From contig CBDBZY010000008.1 in the NCBI GenBank assembly GCA_965213685.1, forward strand, positions 1 through 35,399: a stretch of 35,399 nucleotides of DNA, given 5' to 3'. The position numbers and the translations under genes are program-made. The first letter of the stretch is position 1, and every line of letters begins with the position of its first letter. This stretch comes from a bacterium. GTDB taxonomy: Bacteria > UBA8248. This document shows positions 1 to 9,310 of this stretch, in pieces. The notes below the pieces were generated by a model. That model saw only the letters and a list, made by a program, of their open reading frames with translations, was not told where the DNA came from and made no database searches.

Positions 1-578
1 TGGGAGGAGAACCGCCATCCGCGGGCGTTCATGAACGCCGACAGGGACGAGGTCGTGGGAAAGATCGTGGGCTACATTCGCCGGCATCGCCCGGACGTGG
101 TGATCACCTACAACGAGCGGGGCGGCTATGGCCACCCGGATCACGTGATGGCCAAACCGGGTGACGACGGAGGCGATAGAGGGCCGCCGCCGATCCGGAT
201 CGCTTCCCGGAAGCGGGGGGGCGGCCCTGGGAGGTCCGCAAGTTCTATCACACGGCGTGGGCGCGCTCGAAGATGCTGCGCGCCTGGCGCTGGATGCGGT
301 TTCTGGGGCAAAAGACGCCGCTCGACGAGCCGGACTTTGACGAGGAGAAGGTCGGAACTCCGGATGCGGCCATCACCACCCGCGTGGACATCCGCCGACA
401 CCTGCGCCGCAAATGGCGCGCGCTCACCGCGCACAGGAGCCAGATCACGGGAAATTTCTTCTGGTGGTTCATCCGTCTGACGAGCCGCTGGCTCTTTGAC
501 GAGGAGTCCTTCGTTTGCGTCCGCTCGCAGGTGCGGGTGAGAGAAAAGGAGTGCTCGGTGTTCGACGGCCTATCCTGA
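1..578 (+). CDS. PIG-L/LmbE family deacetylase (MshB/Mca-like), 5'-truncated, with apparent frameshifts at ~150-230
   Basis: Frame of ORF 31..480 gives RPDVVITYNERGGYGHPDH (PIG-L motif). After removing single-base indels it continues ANRVTTEAIEAAADPDRFPEAG..WEVRKFY into ORF 273..578 (ITTRVDI...KWRALTAHRSQ), the typical C-terminal half. Confidence 0.85.
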
Positions 579-968
579 GCGGGCCGGAAGGGGCTTGCTG
601 ACCTCGATCAGAAACCCGCTCGGGTCCCGCAGCATGAACATGCGGACTCCCCACGGGGCGTCGCGCGGCGCGAACAGAACGTCCGCCCCCTTCTCGAGGA
701 GCGCGTCATAGGCGCCGTCCACGTCGTCGGGCGCGAGCGTGAGGACGACGCCGGAGCCCCTGGGCTCCCGGAGGGGCTCGAGGCTCCATTTTCGCATCTC
801 CGCGTCCGGAATCGGCGCATGGACGATGAGCGCGACTCCCCCGAGTTCGTAGCGCACATGGTCCCGCGCCGCGCGCGCCTCCTTCAGCCCCAGCGTTTCT
901 GTATAGAAACGGCGCGCCGCCTCGTAGTCCCTGGCGATGAGAAAAATGGCGGGCAGCGACTGGAACAA
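570..968 (-). CDS. VOC/glyoxalase-bleomycin resistance family protein
   Basis: C-terminal part of ORF 570..1640: ARDYEAARRFYTETLGL, DDVDGAYDALLEKGA, PRDAPWGVRMFMLRDPSGFLIEV. Probable TTG start at 968 with an AAGGAG SD 9 nt upstream. Confidence 0.85.
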   Translation of the reverse strand: MFQSLPAIFLIARDYEAARRFYTETLGLKEARAARDHVRYELGGVALIVHAPIPDAEMRKWSLEPLREPRGSGVVLTLAPDDVDGAYDALLEKGADVLFAPRDAPWGVRMFMLRDPSGFLIEVSKPLPARSG

Positions 969-1238
969 TGGGGAGCGCTCCTTCCGTTTCGCGCGGGCGG
1001 AGGGAGGCGCGCCCGCGCGCTCTGATCCGGGAGAGTCGGCCTCCGGGCGGAACGCGGCCGAGTGTATCACAGCCGCGCGCCGCGCAGGCGCATCGGAGGT
1101 TCGTTTGCCCCGAGCCGGTTGACAAGGCGTCCGTCGGGGTGGGATGTATCGGGACGAACGGATGCGCTCCCGGGAGGCGGAAGGCGGATTTCTACGCGGC
1201 GGGCCGGAGGGTGGGCCGCGCTTTTTCGGAGGCGGGAG

Positions 1239-2170
1239 ATGGAATACAGGATAGGAATCATAGGGCTCGGCCTCATGGGAACGGCCATGAGCCAGAAGCT
1301 GATGGAAGCGGGATGCCGCGTGCGGGGGTTCGACATCGACCGCAGCAGGCTCGACCTGCTCGCGTCCCGCGGGGGCGTCCCCACAGGCTGCGCGGCCGAG
1401 GCGGCGGAGGAGGCGGAGTTCGTGATCCTCTCCTTGCTCTACAGCCATGTCCGCGCGCGAGGCGTGCCTGGGCGACGACGGAATCGCGCGTGCTGCGGGC
1501 GATGGCCTCATCGTCATCGACACGTCCACCTCCAGCCCCGACGCGTCCCGAGAACTCGGCGCAGACCTCCGCCGCGCGGGAATCGGCTTTCTCGACGCGA
1601 GCCTGAGCGGCTCCCGCAACAACGTGCTCGAGGGGAACATCGTCTCCGTGGTGGGAGGGGAGGCGCGCGACTTCGAGGCGGCGAAGCCGGTTCTGGGCGC
1701 CTTCGCCCCGCGCCATTCATCACATGGGGCCGAATGGCGCCGGTGCCCGCGCGAAGCTGGTGATCAACCTGGTGTTGGGACTCACGCGCCTCGCACTCGC
1801 CGAGGGGCTGGTGCTGGGCATGAAATCCGGCCTGGAGATGGAGGGGCTGCTCGAGGTGCTCAAGGACAGCGCGGCCTACAGCAAGGCCATGGACCAGCGC
1901 GGCCCGCGCATGATTCACGCGGATTACGCGAACCCGCTCTCCCGTGTCCGCCAACACCACAAGGACGTGCGGCTCATGCTGGAGCAGGGCCAGAAGCTGG
2001 GTGCTCCCATGCTGCTGAGCACGGTGCATCAGCAGGTGCTGCAGGCCGCCGAGATGGGGGGGCTGGGCGATGCGGACACGGCGGCCATCATCGAGGTGTT
2101 CCGGCGCATGGCGGGCATTCCTTCGCACCAGGTGCCTGACGACGCCCAACCGGGAGACGCGCGAGGATGA
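1239..2170 (+). CDS. NAD(P)-dependent 3-hydroxyisobutyrate/6-phosphogluconate dehydrogenase family protein (two apparent frameshifts, ~1445 and ~1712)
   Basis: MEYRIGIIGLGLMG (Rossmann motif), then VIDTSTSSP...FLDASLSG (ORF 1447), then MGPNGAGARAKLVINL...KDVRL (ORF 1724). The three pieces are collinear in three frames. Confidence 0.85.
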
Positions 2171-3763
2171 CGAAAAGGATATCGCCGGCCGATTTGAAGG
2201 AATTGATGGGAAGCGATGGCGCCCATGCGGTCCTCGACGTCCGCGACCCCATGGAGTTTCATGAAAAGCAGATTTTCTGGGCGACGAACGCGCCGCGCGG
2301 AGCCATCGAATTTCTGGCGGCGCGGCTCGTGCCCGTGAAGTCGACGCCGGTGGTTTGCGTGGATGAGGGCGGCCCCAGGGCCGGGCGCGTCGCCGCGCTC
2401 CTCGAGGAGTGCGGCTACGCGGACGCGCGGGTGCTGGAGGGCGGGTTGCGCGCGTGGGAGGCCGAGGGCTTTCCGACGGTCTCGGGCACCAACCTGCCGA
2501 GCAAGGATTTTGGCGAGCGGATTCATGTGGAAAACGAGGTTCCGGAAATTACGGCCCGAGGGCTGTACGAGCTGATCGACAGCGATGCGCCGCCGCGCGT
2601 GTTCGACACGAGAACGGAGGCGGAGTTCGAGCGCTTCTGCATCCCCACGGGGCGGAGCCTGCCGGGCGGAGAGCTCATCCTCCACGCATGGGATTTGAAC
2701 CAGGACAAGGAAACTCCCCTCGTCATCAACTGCGGCGGGCCGCACCCGCAGCATCATCGGGACGCGCGCCCTGCATCGGTTGGGCGTGGCGCACGCGCGC
2801 GCCCTGAAAAATGGCGGCATGGGCGTCATGCTGGAGGGCCTGCCGCTCGAAAGGGGCAAGCCCAGCGAGATACCAGCCCCCTCCGAGAGGAGCCGCGCCC
2901 ACGCGGAGGCACTCGGAGCGCAGGTGGCGCGGGAGGAGGGAATCCCCTTCTTGTCAGTGGCGGAGCTCCGCGCGCTGCAGGAGAAATCCGCCGACCGGAC
3001 GCTCTATCTGCTCGACGTGCGCTTGGCGCCCGAGTTCGCCGAAGGCCACATCCCCGGTGCGATCTCCATCCCCGGCGGACAGGCGGCACAGCGCACCGAC
3101 GAGGTGATCGCGGTGCGCTCCGGCAAGGTGGTGACGTATTGCGACAAGAACGCGCGCGCGGTGATGGCGGCCTACTGGCTTCGCGGGATGGGCCTCGACG
3201 CCAGCGTGCTGCGGGGCGGTCTCGGGGCGTGGCGGGAGGCGGGAGAAGCGGTGGTCCAGGCCCGCGCCGCGCCTTCGGGAGAGAGCCCGGCCGGGGCGGA
3301 GGACGTTCTGCAGCTGGACGAGGCGCGCCGGATGGCCCGCGCCCACGGGCCGCGCGAGGGGCTGGTGCGGGAGATGGACGTGATTCTGGAGGTGGGATCG
3401 AGTGCCTCGTTCGAGCGGGGCCACCTGGAGGGGGCGAAATGGACGCCCAGGGGGTGGCTCGAAGAGCGTGCGTGCGCGCGCGTGCGCGAGAAGGGCGCGG
3501 CGGTGCTGTGCGTCTGTGAGAACGGGGAGCGGTCCGCCCTGAGCGCATGGGCACTGCAAAGGCTTGGATACCCGAACGCGGGCTATCTCGAAGGCGGCAA
3601 GGAGGCCTGGCGGGCGGCGGGCCTTCCCCTGGAAGCGGGGCGCGCGGGCATGGACGAGGAGCCGAAGGACGTGCAACGCAAACCCTACGACATCGGCCGG
3701 GGAGCGATGGAGGGCTATCTCGCCTGGGAGGAGGAGCTGGGCAGGAAATACGCGCGGGAATAA
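2167..3763 (+). CDS. Four-domain rhodanese/sulfurtransferase (apparent frameshift ~2734)
   Basis: Repeated LDVR/FDTR...LEGGxxAW rhodanese motifs. Removing one G at ~2734 restores the active-site loop NCAGRTRSIIG and joins ORF 2167 to ORF 2780. ATGA overlap with the upstream stop. Confidence 0.85.
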
Positions 3764-3782
3764 CCGGCCGCCGCGCTTCGGT

Positions 3783-4241
3783 TCAGGCGGGACGGTCGTC
3801 CCCCGGAAAGCGGTGCGGAGCGCCCCTTCTGGCGTTCAGGGAGGCGATGATTTCCATCTCGAGGCTTTCGTTGTAAGCGCGCACCTGCCCGGGGATGGTG
3901 AACAAATCCACGAACCACCATATTCCATAAGCGCACAGGGCAAGCACGCTCACCAGCATGAGGGCGGCCGCACCGCCGCCCGTTTCGGGGCTGGATTCCG
4001 CTGCGACGATTCCGGCAAACAAAGAGAGGATCAGGACCCACGGAGCGATGACGTAGAGGACACCGGCCGCGACTCTGCCCAGATAGAACTTGTGCACGCC
4101 GAGGACGCTCAGGAAAAGCCACAGGAAATACGTTACGCCCGTCGATTTCCTTTGGCGGTCGAGTTCGATGTGGAGAGTGTGGAGCTCCCGCTCGCTCAGC
4201 CCGCTTTTCAGGGTGATGAGCCTTTCGCTTTGGTTGGTCAT
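3783..4241 (-). CDS. TM2 (NINE) domain membrane protein
   Basis: KSTGVTYFLWLFLSVLGVHKFYLG...GIWWFVDLFTIPGQVRAYN. Start uncertain (4241 or 4253). Confidence 0.85.
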   Translation of the reverse strand: MTNQSERLITLKSGLSERELHTLHIELDRQRKSTGVTYFLWLFLSVLGVHKFYLGRVAAGVLYVIAPWVLILSLFAGIVAAESSPETGGGAAALMLVSVLALCAYGIWWFVDLFTIPGQVRAYNESLEMEIIASLNARRGAPHRFPGDDRPA

Positions 4242-4490
4242 CAGCGGCCTCATCCTTCGACGAGATTCGCTTTCCCCGCGCCGCACGCCATGCTCCGGTT
4301 GCGCCCTCGCGCTTCTAAAACATAGCATATCGATGGGCACCGCAAAACCCGCGCGCCCCCGGCGATGGCGGCGCGCACGGGCCGGGAGAGAGGGGAGCGG
4401 CTCGCCCCGCCTGGCTTTTGGAGATAACGGGCTTTGGGGATAGAATCATGCCGACGCGCGCACGTCTCGTGCGGGGAGGCTTCGGACAAG

Positions 4491-5318
4491 ATGCGAAAAG
4501 CGCTTTGCCTCGTCCTGCTGGCGGGTTGGCTGGTCGCACCGCCCGTCGTTTTTGCGAAATGCTCTCCCGGCCTGGTCCGCCGTCTGCCTCTGGGGAGGGC
4601 GACGCCGGCCTCCTACGCCCGGACGGCGCAGGCCTCCGGCAGCGTCCGCATCCAGTGGTTTGGACACGCTTTTTTCCGCATCGTCTCCCCGGGGGGCGTG
4701 CGGATGGTGACGGACCCCTTCTCCCCCCATCGGGGCTATCCGATACCGGAGACCAGCCCCCACGTGGTCACGACGAGCGAGGAGGCGATGAACCACAGCG
4801 CCGTCGAGGTGCTGGGCGGAAACCCCGTTGTTCTCCGGGGCGTCCTCGGCTCCGGGGAGAGGTGGAACAGGGTGGATTACCGGATGGGGGACGTGCGCAT
4901 CCGGAACGTGCCCATCGTGCAGGGCGGGGGGAGCGATGACTTTTTTGACGCGGGCGCGGCCAAGGCCTCCTCGTTCCTGTTTGAAACGGGCGGCCTCTGC
5001 ATCGCGCATCTGGGAGATCTGGGCGCGCCCATGAACCCGGAGCAGCTGCGGCGCCTCGGGAAAGTGCACGTGGCGCTTGTCATCATCTCGGATCCGGGCG
5101 CGATGCGCCCGGACGCGGTGGCGAAATTCATCCGGAGGCTGGCGCCCAACGTGGCGGTTCCGATGGATGTGCGCTCGCCCGATGAGTTGAACATGTTCCT
5201 CGGCGCGTTCCGGCGCGTCCGGAGGCTGGCGGGAGACACCTACCTGTTCAGCCGAAAGACGCTGCCGCCCCCGACGGAGGTGGTGCTCCTCCGGCACAAG
5301 GCCTGGGAGTGGAAATAG
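4491..5318 (+). CDS. Secreted MBL-fold (Lactamase_B_3-like) protein with degenerate metal motif
   Basis: Signal peptide MRKALCLVLLAGWLVAPPVVFA. Motifs IQWFGHAFFRI, MVTDPF, IAHLGDLG and VAVPM. Confidence 0.8.
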   Translation: MRKALCLVLLAGWLVAPPVVFAKCSPGLVRRLPLGRATPASYARTAQASGSVRIQWFGHAFFRIVSPGGVRMVTDPFSPHRGYPIPETSPHVVTTSEEAMNHSAVEVLGGNPVVLRGVLGSGERWNRVDYRMGDVRIRNVPIVQGGGSDDFFDAGAAKASSFLFETGGLCIAHLGDLGAPMNPEQLRRLGKVHVALVIISDPGAMRPDAVAKFIRRLAPNVAVPMDVRSPDELNMFLGAFRRVRRLAGDTYLFSRKTLPPPTEVVLLRHKAWEWK

Positions 5319-5359
5319 GACGCACCCGATTCGGCGGGCGCGCGGCCCGCGCCTAAGAC

Positions 5360-7642
5360 TCAGCGCTTCTCGACCTCCACGCGATAGCTGTTCTGCGTGG
5401 CGTTTTCGTATTCGGACAAGGCGTCGCCGGTGAGCTGGTTGGCGGCGCCATGCCCGGGAAGTCCGCCCGCCGGTATGTGGACGACACCCGGGCGAATCGC
5501 GTCGCTCACCCTGGCCCGGTAGGCGGTTTCTCCAAAATTGTTTCGCAGGCGCACCGCATCCCCGTCCCCGATGCCCCGCGCGGCGGCGTCCTCGGGGTGG
5601 ATCGTGGCGACGTTCCAGCCGTGGCGAAGCAGCTTCGCCGCGTTGTTGAAGGTGGAGCTCGCCCGAAAATAGGTCTTGGGCGTGATGAGGTGGAGGGGGT
5701 AGCGCGCGTTGTCGAGCGGGAGGGCTTCCTCCGGCGGGAAGTGCGCGGGAACGCGCTGCGCGAGCTCCTCAAAATACACCTGCGCGCGGCCGTGGGGGGT
5801 GGCGAGCTCCTTGCGCGGTGCGGCGTCGGGAACGTCGAGGGTGAGGTGGCCCTCCGCCTCCAGCCTCTCGAGCGTCACGCCCCGGAACCACGGGAAGCGC
5901 GCGTCCGCCCGCGCCGCCTCGAGGAGTTCGGCCACCCATTCCCTGGACGATTTCCACGGAAAATGCGCGCCATAGCCCATCTTTTCGGCCAGCCGGCAAA
6001 CGATCTCGAAATCATCCAGCGCCTCCCCGCGCGGGGGCATGACCCCGGGCGTGTAGAGGAGAATGTGCCGGGGCCGCATCTCGGGGATCAGGTGATAAAA
6101 GGTGCTGCCCGTATCCATCCCCTCGGCGATCGCGCAGCGCTCGAGCCAGGTGGAGGCGGGCAGCACCACGTCCGCGCACCTCGCCGTCGGCGTCATGAAG
6201 ATGTCCGCCACCGCGCAGAAATCCAGGGCGCGCAGGGCGCGCTCCGTTTTGTGCGCGTCCCCGGCCTGCCCCACCGGATTGCCCCACATCACCAACGCGG
6301 CGTGCACGGGGCCGCCGTAGGAGTCCGGGTGGAGGATGGCCTCCGCGATGCGTCCGGTCGGGATGGTGCGCCTGACGGGATTGGGCACGGCCCAGCGCTC
6401 CGCCATCACCTCGGCGAGACCTGTCCCGTGTGCCCGATCGGAGGGGAAGCCCGCCTCCTGCGCCCCGTGCTGCAGGACGCCGCCGAAGGCGCCCGCCGCC
6501 AGGTTCAGGATGTGCAGCGCCCGAACGGCCTGCTCTCCGCGCACGGTGCGCTGGTAGGAGCCGTAGTAGACGATGACCTTCCCTTTTCGCATGGCGCGGG
6601 CGAGGGCGCGCACATGGTCTTGCGGGACGCCGCATTCCCGCGCCGCGCGCGCAGGCGTCCAGGGCTGCGCCGCGTCCCGGAGGAAATCGAGCGCGGTTCG
6701 GCATCTCGCGCCATCGACCTGAAACGCGCCGCCCAGGCGCGGCTTTTCGCACGAGGCGAACGGCTTTGCCGAAGCCGTGCTCTCATCCCAGGCGAGGGGA
6801 GAGCCGTCCTCCGCGCGGGCGAACCGTCCGGTGTCCGCCTCGACCAGGAAGGCGGCGTTGGTCTCCTCCCGCAGAAAGGCCTCGTCCGCGCCGCCCTCCG
6901 AGAGGAGGAGCCGCAGGACGGCCAGCGCCAGCGCCGTGTCCGTCGACGGGCGAATCGGGACGTGGACGTCGGCGAAGCGATCCGCCGTTCGCGAGCGCAC
7001 CGGGTCGACCACGATGAAGCGGGTTCCCTTTCTCTTGGCGCTCTGGAGGGACTGCAGCAGGCCGCGGTATCCCGTCTCCACCGGGTTGTTTCCCCAGATG
7101 ACGATCCACTCGCAATCGTCGTTCGGCTTGCCGCGCACCTGCCAGTGGCCGAACACGTCGCCGCTCGCCCCCAGAAAAGCCTTCCAGCAGAGGCTGCCCC
7201 GCACGTAGGGCTGCACGGCGCCTCCCCACATGTTCAAAAGCCGCATGATGGTGGCGGGCTCGGCGTCCCGCCCGCCGGGCAGGGTGTGCTGGGCGGAGTA
7301 GTGATACATCATGACGGATTCGTTCCCGCCCTTTTGCCTGGCCGCCTCCAGCCCCCGGGCGACCAGCTCCAGCGCCTCGTCCCAGCCCACGCGCTCGAAG
7401 CGGTTCGCACCGCCCGGGCCCGCGCCCTTCTTCCCGACGCGCTTCATCGGGTGGAGGAGCCTGTCGGGGTGGTGATACCTGTCCGGTATCTGGAACCCCT
7501 TGATGCAGGGCTTGATGCGCATCCGGGGATTCGCCCGGAACGAAGCGATATTCCCCCCGGCGACTTCGACCTCGAAGCTGCACGGATTGTTCCCGCAGTG
7601 GGGGGAGCAGATCGTATAGGATTTTTGGGGTGCGCCGGACAT
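5360..7642 (-). CDS. Molybdopterin (Mo/W-bisPGD) oxidoreductase catalytic subunit, cytoplasmic
   Basis: N-terminal CSPHCGNNPC...PCIKG Fe-S motif, DRLLHPMKR, FERVGWDEAL, IWGNNP, VVDP, DIFMTPTARCADVVLPA, C-terminal IHPEDAAARGI. No Tat signal. Confidence 0.93.
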   Translation of the reverse strand: MSGAPQKSYTICSPHCGNNPCSFEVEVAGGNIASFRANPRMRIKPCIKGFQIPDRYHHPDRLLHPMKRVGKKGAGPGGANRFERVGWDEALELVARGLEAARQKGGNESVMMYHYSAQHTLPGGRDAEPATIMRLLNMWGGAVQPYVRGSLCWKAFLGASGDVFGHWQVRGKPNDDCEWIVIWGNNPVETGYRGLLQSLQSAKRKGTRFIVVDPVRSRTADRFADVHVPIRPSTDTALALAVLRLLLSEGGADEAFLREETNAAFLVEADTGRFARAEDGSPLAWDESTASAKPFASCEKPRLGGAFQVDGARCRTALDFLRDAAQPWTPARAARECGVPQDHVRALARAMRKGKVIVYYGSYQRTVRGEQAVRALHILNLAAGAFGGVLQHGAQEAGFPSDRAHGTGLAEVMAERWAVPNPVRRTIPTGRIAEAILHPDSYGGPVHAALVMWGNPVGQAGDAHKTERALRALDFCAVADIFMTPTARCADVVLPASTWLERCAIAEGMDTGSTFYHLIPEMRPRHILLYTPGVMPPRGEALDDFEIVCRLAEKMGYGAHFPWKSSREWVAELLEAARADARFPWFRGVTLERLEAEGHLTLDVPDAAPRKELATPHGRAQVYFEELAQRVPAHFPPEEALPLDNARYPLHLITPKTYFRASSTFNNAAKLLRHGWNVATIHPEDAAARGIGDGDAVRLRNNFGETAYRARVSDAIRPGVVHIPAGGLPGHGAANQLTGDALSEYENATQNSYRVEVEKR

Positions 7643-7814
7643 CCTCCGCCTCTCGCTGTTTTCCGTGAAGTTCCCACTTTACATGGCCCGCTTCGCATTC
7701 TACCATAGGGCTTCTTCTGTTTCGGAGCAAATGGCATGCGCCGTGATGTGCCGCCTGCCACAGGGCGACGCCGGCGCCTCCATCTACCGTTGACCCTTCT
7801 GGAGGAAAGCGAAA

Positions 7815-8993
7815 ATGGCTACACCTGCGCAGGAAGACAGCACGGCGGCACCATCGGGTGCGGAGGAGTTCACGCCGCCCACCTGGGACACCCCGATGCC
7901 GCTGCCGTCGAACCCGGAGACGGGCGAGGATGCCAACGACTACTACATCATCGACTGCGAGACGCACGTCATGCCGGAGGATTACCGGCGCTTCATCAAG
8001 TATTTCGAGGGGACGAAAACCTTCGAGTACGCCCACAAGATGTGCAACCAGTGGCAGTGGATCGATCACCGCAACAACCGGCAGTCGGCCATCCACCCGG
8101 GCATGGACTGGAACATCGACAAGATCATCGGCGACATGAACCGCTCGGGCGTGGATCAGATCGCCCTGATGCGGGAGTCGTTCATCGATACGGCGGGCGA
8201 CAGCGCGCCGTTTTCCACGAACCAGCACGTCATCGACGCGATCGAGAGATACCCGGACCGCGTCATCGGCGTCTCGAACGTGGGTCCGTTCTCCAAGCGG
8301 AAGACGAAGGATTTCCTCTGGGAGATGGAATACCTGCACGACAACTACAACTTCAAGTTCACCAAGTTCTATCAGCCCGAGGACTGCCCCATCAACGACC
8401 GCAGGCTCTGGCCCGCCTATGAAATGTGCCAGGACAAGGGGATCGTCGCCTTCTTCCATACCGGCATCACCATCCGGATGGGGCCCACGCGATACACGCT
8501 GCCGGTTCTGCTCGACGAGGTGGCCTCGGACTTCCCGGACCTCAAGATCGTGGCCTACCACGGCGGCTACCCTTATTGGGAAGACCTCGTCATGCTGCTC
8601 TGGAAGCACCCGAACGTGTATGTGAGCTACTCGATTCTGCTGCCCTGGCTCATGCGCGCACCGCATCGCTTCGCCCACATGGTCGGCACGACGCTGCAAA
8701 TCGCCGGGCCCGACCGCTTCGTCTGGGGCAGCGACTGGCCGGCCTCGGATCCGTATCAGTCGGTCGAGGCGGTCCTCAAGCTCCACATCGACGAGGAATT
8801 GCAGGAGAAGTGGGGGTATCCCGCCATCACCAGTCGGGACAAGGCGAACTTCCTGGGAGGGACGCTCGCGAGGCTGGCGGGCATCGACGCCGAGAAGAAC
8901 CACCTGAAATTCCCCGGCATGAACGGCGCACCCGAGGGGACGACGCCCGAGGGGGACATCACCCGAGGCATCATGGCGAAGCGGGCGGAATAG
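7815..8993 (+). CDS. Amidohydrolase_2 family protein
   Basis: IIDCETH, FFHTG, FPDLKIVAYHGGYP, HPNVY and FVWGSDWP motifs. GGAGG SD upstream. Confidence 0.9.
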   Translation: MATPAQEDSTAAPSGAEEFTPPTWDTPMPLPSNPETGEDANDYYIIDCETHVMPEDYRRFIKYFEGTKTFEYAHKMCNQWQWIDHRNNRQSAIHPGMDWNIDKIIGDMNRSGVDQIALMRESFIDTAGDSAPFSTNQHVIDAIERYPDRVIGVSNVGPFSKRKTKDFLWEMEYLHDNYNFKFTKFYQPEDCPINDRRLWPAYEMCQDKGIVAFFHTGITIRMGPTRYTLPVLLDEVASDFPDLKIVAYHGGYPYWEDLVMLLWKHPNVYVSYSILLPWLMRAPHRFAHMVGTTLQIAGPDRFVWGSDWPASDPYQSVEAVLKLHIDEELQEKWGYPAITSRDKANFLGGTLARLAGIDAEKNHLKFPGMNGAPEGTTPEGDITRGIMAKRAE

Positions 8994-9007
8994 GCCGCAC
9001 GGGCCTC

Positions 9008-9310
9008 GGCACACCGCAAGCGCACCGCATCACAACCCACCCGAAACCCCCGCCTGGGCGCGCCCCGGGCGGGGGGGTTCCGCCGCCGTCGCAGCGGTTG
9101 TGGGCGTGCGCGCGCCCTCCCCCCTCCGGGAGACGCCGCTTCGCTTGATATTTGTTCATGTTCCATCGTAGGAGGCAGGCTGTACGGTTCTTTTATGTGG
9201 TTGTCCGGTCGCTTTGCCGTTCATGGACAATCTCCATTGCCACGCATGATATTGCTATCATCATCTCACATGGGAGGAAGGGAAAATTTCTACTGCAATT
9301 TCTACTACAA
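9008..9310 (+). repeat. Autotransporter upstream cassette, copy 1 (hairpin, promoter, leader, SD)
   Basis: Homologous to 12518-12820 and, from gacgccgctt onward, to 18727-18905. Shared blocks: gcttgatatt, atgtgrttgtc and atgggaggragsgaaaatttcyact. Confidence 0.85.
9044..9079 (+). terminator. GC-rich hairpin, probable terminator after the amidohydrolase
   Basis: aaacccccgcctggg-cgcgc-cccgggcgggggggtt inverted repeat. A paralogous copy with a T5 tail lies at 12544-12582. Confidence 0.55.

Noticed and set aside
150-2740. Frameshifts in PIG-L, dehydrogenase and rhodanese (and panE at ~35277) as pseudogenes or programmed recoding
   Set aside because: They are single-base indels, mostly in short runs and clustered at the window ends, with no nonsense codons. 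Sequencing error is most likely.
9285-9308. AATTTCTACT twice (also at 18878), resembling the Cas12a repeat handle
   Set aside because: It is a 12-bp in-frame duplication in the autotransporter leader. There is no GTAGAT stem partner, no spacers and no cas genes.
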